This document shows positions 10,896 to 21,812 of a stretch of 39,623 bases of DNA, one piece after another. A program made the position numbers and the translations under genes. The notes under the pieces are model-generated. The model was not told where the DNA came from, did no database searches, and was given only the letters and a program-made list of their open reading frames with translations. The stretch is taken from contig NC_068990.1 in assembly GCF_001194135.2 (NCBI RefSeq), positions 93,195,990-93,235,612 on the forward strand. The letters run 5' to 3'. The DNA is from Octopus bimaculoides. Its lineage: Eukaryota. Numbering within the stretch: the stretch's first letter is position 1; the number at the start of each line of letters is the position of its first letter.

Positions 10896-12924
10896 CAAAT
10901 ACCATGTTGTTGATGTTGAAATTCCAATGAAGGAGCCTTGGATCTAGGTTAGAAACCAGCTCTTTCTCTATTGGCAAGAAGTCTTGAAATAAAACTGAAC
11001 AATGACATACACACACGCACATACACACATACACACACACATACATACATACATACATAAGTACATGTGTATGTGTACATACATACATATATATACATAC
11101 ACACACACATATACATATGTGTGTGTGTGATATGTTATATATATGTGTGTGTGTGTGTGTACAACATATTTGCCAGCTCATAGGACAGGACTTGTCACAA
11201 AGATTAATACCTAAAGTATCTGGGGAAGATTCTAAACTCTCTCTCTCTCTCATCCATTTAATGCCACACCATCAGGAACTAAACCTCATCTCTGCTAGCC
11301 TCCATAGCTCAGTCCAACCGTTATCTAATCTCTAATATTCTTTACATATTCCATTCTACTTCTTTAGTCCATTTGCAGACACAATTCTTGCTTTTCCACT
11401 TAATACAACTTCATTTTCCTTTCCATCTCTTCTAATACTGGAATTTACATTTCCTTTAATGCTTTTACCATTATCTTCTAGATTTCCTGATATTAGTTCT
11501 TTATATGTCGAACTTAGCAGCATTATATCTGATGGATTTATTTCAGATAAAAAACAAAACAAAAAAAAAAAACACTACCAATTTTTATTATTTTTTTTTA
11601 TCAGGATATCTAAACTTAGATGTAAGCTAAGTGAATCTATTGTTTCGGGTTTTTCTTGTGTTTCTTCGCTGTAAATAATATTGAACAAGTAAATGGTTAA
11701 ATTACCTACACTCATCCTGAAGACACTTTCTAATCAAATAATCACTACTCTGCTGGTCTATTTATTGTTTGTAACTATGGTAGCCATTGTTATTACAGCT
11801 TGACCCTTCCACCCACAGACTAGTGAAACCAGAACGTCGACTGTAACATCATTTAGACAAGAGGGACATAGATTGGGTTGATACGCCAACACGGTAAAGT
11901 ATCATGTAGCAGCAGCACACAGCTGCGACAGCACCATCATGCAGTTACTACAACACCAACCACTCAACCACTACAACACCAACACATACAGCCACTGAAT
12001 CCCCATCACACAACCAATATTGCAACATCAACCACAACAACACTTCAACAATAACACAAAATGATTTCAACTATTACCTTCTAAATGGAATGGATATCAC
12101 TCAACAACGATATTAGCAGAAGCCTCAGTAATTGCAATAACAATGGAGATATTAATATCAGTTAAAATAATTACAACAATAACAAAAAGTGCAACAACAA
12201 TAGCAGAGAACATTAACTAGAACCAACTGTTCCATTCAACAACATAAACATGCTTTACAAGGAGGAGACATGGAAGACATTGGAAGACACCATAAAAGAG
12301 AAATTGAGACAATAGCATACATGGCTATTGGACAGTGGACAGGAATAACAACAATGCTGTACAAGCTATATCATAGATTCTATGCCAGTTCTTCTTGGAC
12401 TGCAGTCTCTCCACAAGAAACCATCATACATTACACAGAATGCAAACAGCACCAGAACACAGCATCGCAACACACAACACACGCAACACCAAATGACCAC
12501 ATATGCAATGAAACAAAATTATAGAAAATTAAGGTTCTGTTAGGCATGTGAGGGACACAGTTTGTTAGTGAAATAGGCTGCAGTAACTGCACTTGGGACT
12601 GCAGCCTGTTGCAGTAGTTCTCACAGTCTCTGCCATTACTTGAACAATCACTTCTGAGAAAAAAAAGAAAGAGAAAGAATCAGCCATATCTATAATGACT
12701 ACAACATCAGCCTAACTTAGACAAACCTGAAGAGACAACAATATCAACATCAACAATAAGCTGGTCAGGACCAGGCATTAACGAAGAGAAACAATTGTAT
12801 CACTTGCACTATCACGGCAGCATTTGGACTTAAGAACATAAAGAGCTTGAAGAAATGTTGCTAAGGCTTTTCTCCAATGTGGTCAGGATTCTGCTGGTGC
12901 TTGCCTTAACAAAAACAGTAATAA

Positions 12925-13127
12925 TGGTTTCCAATTTTGCCACAAGGCCAGCAATTTGAGGGAGGGGATGAGTCAATTACATGGACCCCAATGTTCAACT
13001 GGTCCTTAATGTATCAACCCTGAAAGGATGAAAGGCAAAGTCGACCTCAGCAGAATGTAGCGATGGGCGAAATATTGCTAAGCATTTCATCCGGTGCACT
13101 AACGATTCTACCAGCTTGATACCTTAC
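12925..13127 (-). mobile_element. Type B (Meta-like) tRNA-SINE, near full length
   Basis: CCCTGAAAGGATGAAAGGCAAAGTCGACCTC plus the reverse complement of the head (CTAACGATTCTACCAGCT). Homologous to 1454-1648. Confidence 0.85.
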
Positions 13128-13128
13128 C

Positions 13129-13163
<35 letters not shown>

Positions 13164-13218
13164 NNNNNNNNNNAATAATAATAATAATAATAATAATAAT
13201 TATTATTATTATTATTAT
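13128..13218. repeat. (AAT)n followed by inverted (ATT)n microsatellite, with a 10-N gap
   Basis: Seen directly. Confidence 0.9.
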
Positions 13219-13917
13219 AACTAATACAAGAACAATTGTAACAATAGCAATAAGAAGAACAAGAGAACAAAAGCGTCATCTGTAACAATGACAGCAATTA
13301 CCACCATCAGCATCAGCATCACCACCAACAACAATAGTAACACCAACAAGAATAACAACAAACAGAACCATAACCTCAAACTGCAAGCACCACCACCACC
13401 ACCACCACCACCACCACCACTATCTCCACAACTGCAACAGCAAGAATCAGATTAACTGCAGTCAACATGGAAAGCATTAAGCCACAGCATCAACAACAGT
13501 GACAATAGGAAGAAGAAGAACAACAGGCAATTAAACTGTTGTGCAATTAACATAATTAGTATTTATATCTCACAATAATTATGTTTATGTTATTGTGATA
13601 ATTGAATGTTTTGGATCATTTTAATTAATTCCAGCATATTTGACAATATTCGTCTGTAATCATTGAGGAGTTGTGTAATTATGTGCTGTGAGGTGATGTG
13701 AGTACAAGACAAGTGGAGACATCTGCAACAAGATACAAAACAGAATCAGATGACTCTCTCTCCCCCTCTCTCTGTTTTGTCTGACGACCATACAACAGAC
13801 GTATCAGTGTGTGTATGTGTAGCTATCTTTCTGTCTGTCTGTCAGTCAGTCTGTCTGTCTATCTGTGAGTTTCTCAACCACACAGCCATACATGTACCTA
13901 TAAGCATGGTTGTTCTT

Positions 13918-14165
13918 CATCATCATCATCGTCGTTTAACGTCCGCTTTCCATGCTAGCATGGGTTGGGCGATTTGACTGAGGACTGGTGGGCCAGGAGG
14001 CGACACCAGGCTCCAATTTGATTTGGAAGAGTTTCTACAGCTGGATGCCCTTCCTAACGCCAACCACTCCGAGAGCGTAGTGGGTGCTTTTACATGCCAC
14101 CGGCACGAAGGCCAGTCAGGCGGTATTGGCGATGGCCATGCTCGAAATGGTGTATTTTCACCTGC
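13918..14165 (-). mobile_element. RTE LINE 3' UTR/terminus (5'-truncated copy) with (GAT)n tail
   Basis: CATCATCGTCGTTTAACGTCCGCTTTCCATGCTAGCATGGGTTGG...CAGCTGGATGCCCTTCCTAACGCCAACCACTCC. The same terminus is attached to RTE ORF2 sequence at 17755-18332 and 36291-37210. Confidence 0.9.
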
Positions 14166-14836
14166 ATCTGAGAATATAATTCCATTCACCAAAACTTTTT
14201 GATAATATTTTGAACTGTGCCTCCACCATTAATACTGAGCCACTGTGAAAGAAATCTCAGTCAAATTCATCAATTTTCTTTTACAATTTTTCCTGAAGAA
14301 TCTTTAAAAGTTTTCCTGGTTTTCTTGTGGTTGACTTGGCATTTTTGTCACCATTAACCGTATTTCTTCCACTTACGAATGTCTTAACTCAATATTTTCA
14401 TATTTGTAAATGATAAGACATTATCTTTGTATGTCAGCTGGAGTTCTTCAAAGATTTTTTCCTTTGCATTTTTTGCTTTAAGTACCAAATACTTGATAAT
14501 ACTTCAATATTCTTAGGACTTTCCTGTAAAGGTGTAAAAATGTCAATTTTGTTATATACAAATAAGGATACACTGAAACAAGTTGGTTAATATTTGTATG
14601 TTGTTATTTAATAATAATAATGATAATAATAATGAAATTATTGTGTATAGTGCTCAGGTGCACTACAACCCATCAAAGGTACATGTACAGTACATAGAAT
14701 TATGTACAAAAGTCAAGAAAGTGCGTGTGTATATATTTGTATGTATGTATGCGATATGGTATTTCTTCTATACAAATAAATGTCAGGATATTATTTCACT
14801 ATTTGGTTAGACACTTGTTGAATCAACAACAAGCAT

Positions 14837-14837
<1 letters not shown>

Positions 14838-14888
<51 letters not shown>
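14838..14888. repeat. (CA)n microsatellite
   Basis: Seen directly. Confidence 0.95.
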
Positions 14889-14894
<6 letters not shown>

Positions 14895-15406
14895 GCGCAT
14901 GCACACACGCACACTCTCATGCACAAATATATCCATATATACACACATTCTCAAATGTGCATACACATTCATGCAAACACACACATACCCATGCACGCAC
15001 ATATACACATACATATGCATATATAGATACACACACACACTCATAAATATATACTCACATACGTATAATGTAAGTTTTTTCTTTTTTAAACATATATTCA
15101 GATATATGAAAAGTATAAAACATCGAGAAAGAACTCAATACATGCAAGGGACTTAGAAATAAAGATAAAAACAAAATAAAACAAACAAGAACAGAGATTG
15201 CAGAATTTCTTCTGAAACAGACTCTTCTCTGTATTGCAACAGATTCGAGGATTCCATTCGTTAAATTTAATTAAAGAAGCTGAAGAAAATAATTGATAAA
15301 AGAGAAATCTGAGTGATACAGAGAAAAGAGGGTTATTAGGGGTCAGTAATAGATGGGTAGAAAGGGTCAGATGTGATAAAGAGTGAAATAGCAAGGTAGG
15401 TGCTGA

Positions 15407-15500
15407 ATGTGTGTGTGTGTGCGAGCATGCATATGAGTGTGTGTGTGTGTGTGTGTGCGCGCGCGCGCGAGCATGCATGTGAGTGTGTGTGTGTGTGTGT
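15407..15500. repeat. Compound (TG)n/(CG)n microsatellite
   Basis: Seen directly. Confidence 0.9.
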
Positions 15501-16074
15501 CTGCGCACGCGCTCATTGGAAATAAGTGGGTGGAGGTGTTATTTTAACAGTTGGAATTGAGCAGAAAATTCTAATTCTTGCTCGTTTATAATAAATGAAA
15601 TGAACTCGTTATTAAGTCCTGCATAATTGTGTTTACATGCAGGGTGGATATTGATTTTGGGGGTTATTAAGTTATTTTAGTGAAACACGAACAGGTAACT
15701 TTTGTACTGCCTCTTTATCTTTTTTTTTTACCTTTTTAAAAATTTATTCATTTATTTTTAAGCAGGAAAATAATTTATTTCTATATTTAAACCGAAATCA
15801 TAAAAATATGCGAATTAATTTGAAGATCTTAGAAAGAGTTATTAATGGCATTATAAAGGGAAATTTTATCCAATAATTTGTTATAATAATTTATAAATAA
15901 TGCCTAATGTTAGTGCTACGGCAGAGAAATGTTAGATGTCTGGCAGGAAGGTAAACATGTTAATACTTGCCATGAGATTTTTTGATTCTGACGAATATAT
16001 ACAAATAACTGAGGTTCAAATTACAAAGAAGAACCACTTAGTATCTGGAAAAAATATTTTAAATGTTTTGAAGA

Positions 16075-16237
16075 CATGGTTGTGTAGTTAAGACATTTGA
16101 TTCCCAACCATATGATCTCAGGTTCTATCCTGTTGTGGGAAACCTTGGGAAAGTGTCTTTTACTATAGCTCTTTGCCAACCAAAGCCTTGTGAATGAATT
16201 TGATAGATGGAAACAGAAAGAAGCCTGTTGTATATAT
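16075..16237 (+). mobile_element. 5' half of type A tRNA/CORE-like SINE
   Basis: TGGTTGTGTAG A-box-like, GGTTCTATCC B-box-like, ACCTTGGGAAAGTGTCTT CORE-like. Interrupted at its internal microsatellite by an RTE terminus. Confidence 0.8.
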
Positions 16238-16240
16238 CAT

Positions 16241-16272
<32 letters not shown>

Positions 16273-16510
16273 TCGTTTAACGTCTACTTTCCATGCTGGC
16301 ATGGGTTGGACGATTTGACTGAGGACTGGTGAACCAGATGGCTGCACCAGGCTCCAATCTGATTTGGCAGAATTTCTACAGCTGGATGCCCTTCCTAACG
16401 CCAACAGCTCTGAGAGTGAAGTGGGTGCTTTTATGTGCCACCGGCACGAGGTCCAGTCAAGCGGTACTGTCAAAGGCCATGCTCAAATGGTGTTTTTTAT
16501 GTGCCACCTG
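16238..16510 (-). mobile_element. RTE LINE 3' UTR/terminus
   Basis: Highly similar to 13918-14165 and 31669-31795. Confidence 0.9.
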
Positions 16511-17198
16511 CTGTCTGTCTGTCTGTCTGTCTGCCCGTCCATCTTTCTGTTTGTCTCTCTGTCTGTCTATACATACAAACATGAATTGCATGAATGTGTG
16601 TGGGTGTGTGGTTTTATTTAAACCTGTAAAAATTCTTTAAGCAGATTTACGATAATAGTTCATGGTGTGTTGTGAATTGTTAATGAGGAAATCAAACTCT
16701 AAAATGATTAATAAAAAAAAAACCCAAAATACCCAACAAATAAAATGATTGAAATCAATTATAAATATCCGTGAAAATGAAAATGAAATATGTTAAAATG
16801 CCACAAGATATATCTCACTTGTTACAATGGTTACAGAGAATTATATGTGGTGAAAAAGCTTGCATGGTAGAAAATGGAAATTAGATATATCTGAAGTGTA
16901 AAGCATTAGAATTTCAAAGTGATTATCAGGTTACTAATTGAGGGAGACTAGCATTAACATGCTTGGGGACATTGGATTTAGTTAATCAGTTAATTAATAA
17001 AAGGTATACATTGAATATTTCTGCTAAAAATCATACACACAATATGTATATGTGTGCGTGTGTCTATATATATATATATAGGTAAAGTAAAATTTAGAGG
17101 TAATACTTGACAATTGTAAGCACCTGTGTATGCCAGCTCGTGGTTGAGGTGAAAGAATAAATTGTAAATCCCAAAAATAACAACAAAAATACAAAGGA

Positions 17199-17271
17199 TT
17201 CTGCGGTACACGTGTTTCAAGCTTTATATCAGTGTATAATTTACAATACAAAGCTATCTTCAGCCGCAAAA
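17199..17271 (-). ncRNA. Minimal type I hammerhead ribozyme motif (GUA cleavage triplet)
   Basis: TTTTGCGG-CTGAAGA-T AGCTTT..AAAGCT T-GAAA-C ACGT G-TA-CCGCAGAA. Stem I is 8 bp (one G:U), the core is intact, stem II has at least 6 bp, and stem III lies in the perfect palindrome ACACGTGT. Pair 10.1-11.1 is U.U. Confidence 0.8.
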
Positions 17272-17361
17272 GTATTTCTCTCAAAGGAAATTACATCACA
17301 TCGGCGTTAAATGAGGAAGAAAGAAATGCCGATGTGATATAATTTCCTGGGAGAGAAATAC

Positions 17362-17405
17362 TTTTGCGGCTGAAGATAGCTTTGTATTGTAAATTATACA
17401 CTGAT
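17362..17405 (+). ncRNA. 5' half of a second copy of the same hammerhead, truncated by assembly gap
   Basis: TTTTGCGG CTGAAGA TAGCTTTGTATTGTAAATTATACACTGAT is identical to the 5' half of the minus-strand motif. The GAAA/GUA half would lie in the N-run. Confidence 0.6.
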
Positions 17406-17632
17406 NNNNNNNNNNNNNNNNNNNNNNNNNNNNNNNNNNNNNNNNNNNNNNNNNNNNNNNNNNNNNNNNNNNNNNNNNNNNNNNNNNNNNNNNNNNNNNN
17501 NNNNNNNNNNNNNNNNNNNNNNNNNNNNNNNNNNNNNNNNNNNNNNNNNNNNNNNNNNNNNNNNNNNNNNNNNNNTATATATATATATATATATATATTA
17601 TCCGAAAAGTATAGCATTAAATATCCATCACT

Positions 17633-17721
17633 GCTGATCTTACCAATTGGTTTCGTGTAAAAATAGAACGGAGTGTTTGGTAACAATCCAATTATGTAAC
17701 TTTACACTCATCAGAGTTAGC
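17633..17721 (-). ncRNA. Type I hammerhead ribozyme motif of a second family (GUA triplet)
   Basis: GCTAACT-CTGATGA-GTGTAAA(G)...(T)TTTACAC-GAAA-CCAATTGG-TA-AGATCAGC. Canonical core with G10.1-C11.1, 7-8 bp stem II with a large loop, stem III in the perfect palindrome ACCAATTGGT. Stem I is imperfect. Confidence 0.75.
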
Positions 17722-17754
17722 CAATATGAAAGGGAATATGGTGACTGAGTATAT

Positions 17755-18332
17755 CATCATTATCTTCATCATCGTCATCATCATTTAACATCCGTTGTTC
17801 ATACTGGCATGGGTTGTACCGTTTGACCAAGACTGGTAAGCTGGAAGGTTGCACCAGACTCCAGTCTGATTTGGCATAGTTTTCTATGGCTGGATGCCCT
17901 TCCTAACGCCAACCCCTCTGAGAGTGTAATGGGTGCTTTTACATGCCACCAGCACAAGTGCCATTTGTGTGACACCAGTATCTGCCATGACTGTGATTTG
18001 GCTCGGCTTGATGGGTCTTCTTCTCAAGCATGACATAATGCCAAAGGTCTCCATGAAGCCCAACACTTGAAAGGAACTCAGCCACTTTGCCTCCGTGAGG
18101 CCCAACGCTCGAAAGGTATTCTTTACGTGCCACCAGCATGGGTGCACTTGGCTTGACGGGTCCCCTCAATTGCTAATGGTCTTGGTCATTAGTCATTGCC
18201 TCCATGAGGCCCAAAGTTCAAAGATCATGCTTGACCACCTTGTCCCATGTCTTCCTGGGTCTACCTCTACCACAGGTTCCCTCTACAGTTAGAGATTGGC
18301 ACTTCTTTACACACCTGTCTTCATCCATCCTG
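17755..18332 (-). mobile_element. RTE LINE 3' fragment (ORF2 C-terminus plus 3' UTR plus (GAT)n tail)
   Basis: Minus strand reads DEDRCVKKCQSLTVEGTCGRGRPRKTWDKVVKHDL (the RTE GRGRPRKTW motif), followed by the same terminus as 13918. Confidence 0.9.
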
Positions 18333-19152
18333 TGTGAGAGCTGTGTACATCATATATGCATACATGTGTGTGTGTGTGTGCTTAAATGTCATTTTTTTTG
18401 ACTAATGGTTATATGTCAGTTAGTGAGTTGAGTAAAGCCTGTTCACAGTTTGTGGTTACCTGGTGTCATCCATGGCTGGGTTATATTTTACCAGTGGATC
18501 TAAGTCAGGAATTCCACAATGTTAACGGAGATCAGAAGATAGACTTGGGACTATTCTTTCTTCAGTATGACTCATCCTGTTTCAACCCATCCTGCAACCG
18601 TCCATTATTTTGTGCATTCAGTTGCATTCCATCAGTCTGTGCAGTTTGTGCCACATCAGGTGCATGCGTAAAGAAGGGGGGTGACCTGCTGGGTAGTCTG
18701 AGTTGTCCTAGTTATGTTGTTCTTGCTTGCTGTATTTTGGTTATATACAAAATCCTACCCATAACAGATAGTTGCAGAATGGAAGGTGGCAGTAGATAAA
18801 ACAGGGGACAACTGATGAAGGGATTGTTCTTTATGTTGCCTGTCTCGTTTCTCTATTTGTTTCTTTCATTGTTCAAAAACAAAAATTCATTTTCCATGTT
18901 TTTGTTTTTTTATGTTCTTGTCTTTCATTTTGTTCAGGTTTTTTTTTACTTCCTGTACCCATATATACATGTATATATACATATATATGTAGGTATGTAC
19001 ATATATGTATGTATATATGCATATACANNNNNNNNNNNNNNNNNNNNNNNNNNNNNNNNNNNNNNNNNNNNNNNNNNNNNNNNNNNNNNNNNNNNNNNNN
19101 NNNNNNNNNNNNNNNNNNNNNNNNNNNNNNNNNNNNNNNNNNNNNNNNNNNN

Positions 19153-19183
<31 letters not shown>

Positions 19184-19339
19184 GAGGGAGAGAGGGAGAG
19201 AGAGACACACACACACCATTAAAGTCCTTCATACATACATGTATGTGTATCTGATCATCTCTGCTTGTAAAATATTAAGCAAACTGTAAAAAGAATCCGA
19301 CCAAACCATTATCAAATTTCAAAGTGAATTGTTGTTGTC

Positions 19340-19431
19340 GATGATGATGATGATGTGATAATCATGGTTGTGGTGATAACAGACATGGTGAGGGAGGTCG
19401 TCATTGTTGTAGTGGTGGTAACAACAACAGA

Positions 19432-19466
<35 letters not shown>

Positions 19467-19510
19467 TAGTATTTGTGTGGTGGTGATGGTTGTGGTTGCA
19501 GTGTTGGTTG
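19340..19510. repeat. Compound trinucleotide microsatellite (GAT/GTT/GCA/GTA/GGT)
   Basis: Seen directly. Confidence 0.8.
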
Positions 19511-20105
19511 TGGCAAATCCAGTCCTACAGAGAAAGGTATGTCACTGCTGAAGATTAACAAATCTGTCAGAAGATAAGTAGCAAACTATTATGCATAGAC
19601 ACACACACACACACATATATTTATATGAATATATATTTATATATATAGGTATATAAGTGTGTATGTGTATGCCTAAATACATATATATTTTTATACATAT
19701 TTAAATATGTGCATAAATATGCATAATGTAATGTATATAAGAATGAAAAGCATATATATNNNNNNNNNNATATATACATGTATATATATATATATATACA
19801 TGTATATATATATATATATATACATATATATATGTGTATGTGGGAGTGCGTGTATGGGGGGAGGGTAAGTAGCTGCTTCTTAAATAATCCATTAGTATTT
19901 TATTTCACTGCTCAACACCACCACCACCACCACCACCACCACCAGAACCACTACTACTGCTGCTGCTGCTGCTGCTGCTAATACTACAATTGCTACTACT
20001 AGTAATACTATGCTTGTGTATATATGTATTTATATATATTATATATTTATGTGCGTGTGGGTATGCATATGTATGTGCACATATATATATATATATACAC
20101 ACACA

Positions 20106-20108
<3 letters not shown>

Positions 20109-20184
<76 letters not shown>
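20109..20184. repeat. (TA)n microsatellite
   Basis: Seen directly. Confidence 0.95.
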
Positions 20185-20191
<7 letters not shown>

Positions 20192-20410
20192 CATCATCGT
20201 ATGCATTGTATATACATTTCCATTATAGTTATACATGTGCGTATATAAATATCTTACATATCAGAACAGCAGAGGAGAAAAAAAAGTTGCAATATTCTGT
20301 ATTTTGTCACTATTTTTGCCAGAAAAATAATTTTAAAAGGTATGGAAAAATGCCAAAGAAAGAGGAAGAGATATATTCAGTGAAATGCATAAAAATATAA
20401 ATGATATATA

Positions 20411-20510
20411 TGCCGCCAAAATTGACTTTGCTTTTCATCCCTTCAGGGTTGATGAAATGAGTACCAGTGGAGCACTGAGGTCCATAAAATTGGCTAGTAC
20501 CCTCCCCGAC
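20411..20510 (+). mobile_element. Type B (Meta-like) SINE central fragment
   Basis: GACTTTGCTTTTCATCCCTTCAGGGTTGATGAAATGAGTACCAGT. Confidence 0.8.
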
Positions 20511-21433
20511 ATACGTCTTCAAAGTCTTTTACTTAGAATGTGATGTCTTCCCAACAACCAGGTTCTAGAATGTTCAAACATCCACTCATAATATAATAAA
20601 AGATGGTTTGTCCTTAGAGAATTTATTGTGTACATATATTTTGCAACAAACATCCATTTTGCTTTTGTTTATTAGCACTTGAATCTGGTTATCTCTGTAG
20701 TTTCAGGAGAACATGCAAGCTACAATGGTAACACAATCGCAAAGTTTTCACAGACATTGCATGCAGACAGTTAAATATGAAAGAAAACTATATTTAAAAA
20801 ATTTACATTTAAACAATCAGACATTGCCATAAACGATTAGAATTTGAGAAGCACAAAGGTAAAAAAATGGTATAAACCATGATTTAAATGGCAGTAAAAC
20901 AGAGATGCCATCAATAACAGTGTGTAATGAAAGCATTCTAGCAAAGCTGAGCAAGTGCTAACTTCCTGGTCTTCACCATCAATATAATTTATTTATATGC
21001 TGCATAAATTAAAGACAACATATAATAATTTGTAAAAGCTCATTAAAATGACATTAACCTCTGCAACAACAGCTGGCATTGTTAGGTAAAAAGATGTACT
21101 AAACATGAGGAAACTCCAGGTAAAACAGTAAAAAAATATGCATGAAGAATGCCAAAAACATAAAAAGCATAGAAGAGAGATGTTAAAGAATTTCTACTGC
21201 AGCAGTTTACCTTTTGCTAGAATTGCAGGCTAAAATGATAAACTTGACAAAAGTAAACTGCAGGTAAAAGAAGAAAAATCTAGAAGCATATCAAAAAGAG
21301 ATTTACCTCTTTGACCCAGAAATTTATCTAAAGAAAGGATGAAGAGGAAAGTGACTTAATCCTGTTTACAAAAAGAAAAAGAAAAAAATGGCGTAGGGTT
21401 TTCATGTATTCCCAAAAGGGAATTGAAGGGAGC

Positions 21434-21467
<34 letters not shown>

Positions 21468-21511
21468 GTTATTGTTATTGTTATTGTTATTATTATTATT
21501 ATTATTATTTT
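21434..21511. repeat. (TTA)n/(TTATTG)n microsatellite
   Basis: Seen directly. Confidence 0.9.
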
Positions 21512-21670
21512 GATTATAATGCTTCTGCATGATCATAGTGCCCAGGATGGAAGAAGGTAAAAGGAAAAGAAAAGATGTAAATATTGTTAAATGATGAAAG
21601 TAAAAACAGGCTTTAGTGTTTGTTATCGTTTTGTGACAGGTTGTTTGTCCTGGTGCCATNNNNNNNNNNG

Positions 21671-21812
21671 TGGGCGGGAGGGGGGCAACCAATTCGATTG
21701 ACCCCAGTACGCAGCTGGTTCTTAAATTATCACCCCCGAAAGGATGAAAAGCAAAGCCGACTTTGGCGGAATTTGAACTCCGAATGTACAGACAGATGAA
21801 ATACTGCTAAGC
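21671..21812 (-). mobile_element. Type B (Meta-like) tRNA-SINE fragment
   Basis: CCCCGAAAGGATGAAAAGCAAAGCCGACTTTGGCGGAATTTGAACTC (reverse complement of the B-box GAGTTCAAATTCC). Confidence 0.85.

Larger units (their letters stand above)
17081..17405. mobile_element. Fold-back element carrying divergent hammerhead motifs (putative non-autonomous Penelope-like derivative), right part lost in gap 17406-17575
   Basis: Arms 17228-17305 and 17328-17405 are inverted repeats (3 mismatches in 78 nt) around a 22-nt spacer. Flanked by (TA)n at 17065-17080 and at 17576 onward. Confidence 0.75.

Noticed and set aside
10924-10975. CCAATGA...CCT/AGG stem...GAAACCAGCT resembling a hammerhead
   Set aside because: The core has two substitutions (CCAATGA versus CTGATGA), there is no valid stem III/UH, and CCAAT pairs with downstream ATTGG. 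At most an ancient relic.
11356-11562. 68-aa minus-strand ORF (DIMLLSSTYKELISGNLEDNGK...)
   Set aside because: No recognised domain and no convincing donor. It could be an ancient LINE remnant or a chance A-rich ORF.
15222-15330. Imperfect inverted repeat (CTCTTCTCTGTAT / ATACAGAGAAAAGAG) with CTGAAGA in the loop
   Set aside because: The arms are short and low in complexity, and there is no stem II or cleavage triplet.
17306-17327. Spacer of the first fold-back (TAAATGA...GAAAT) as a ribozyme
   Set aside because: It has no CTGANGA and no stem II, and the triplet would end in G.
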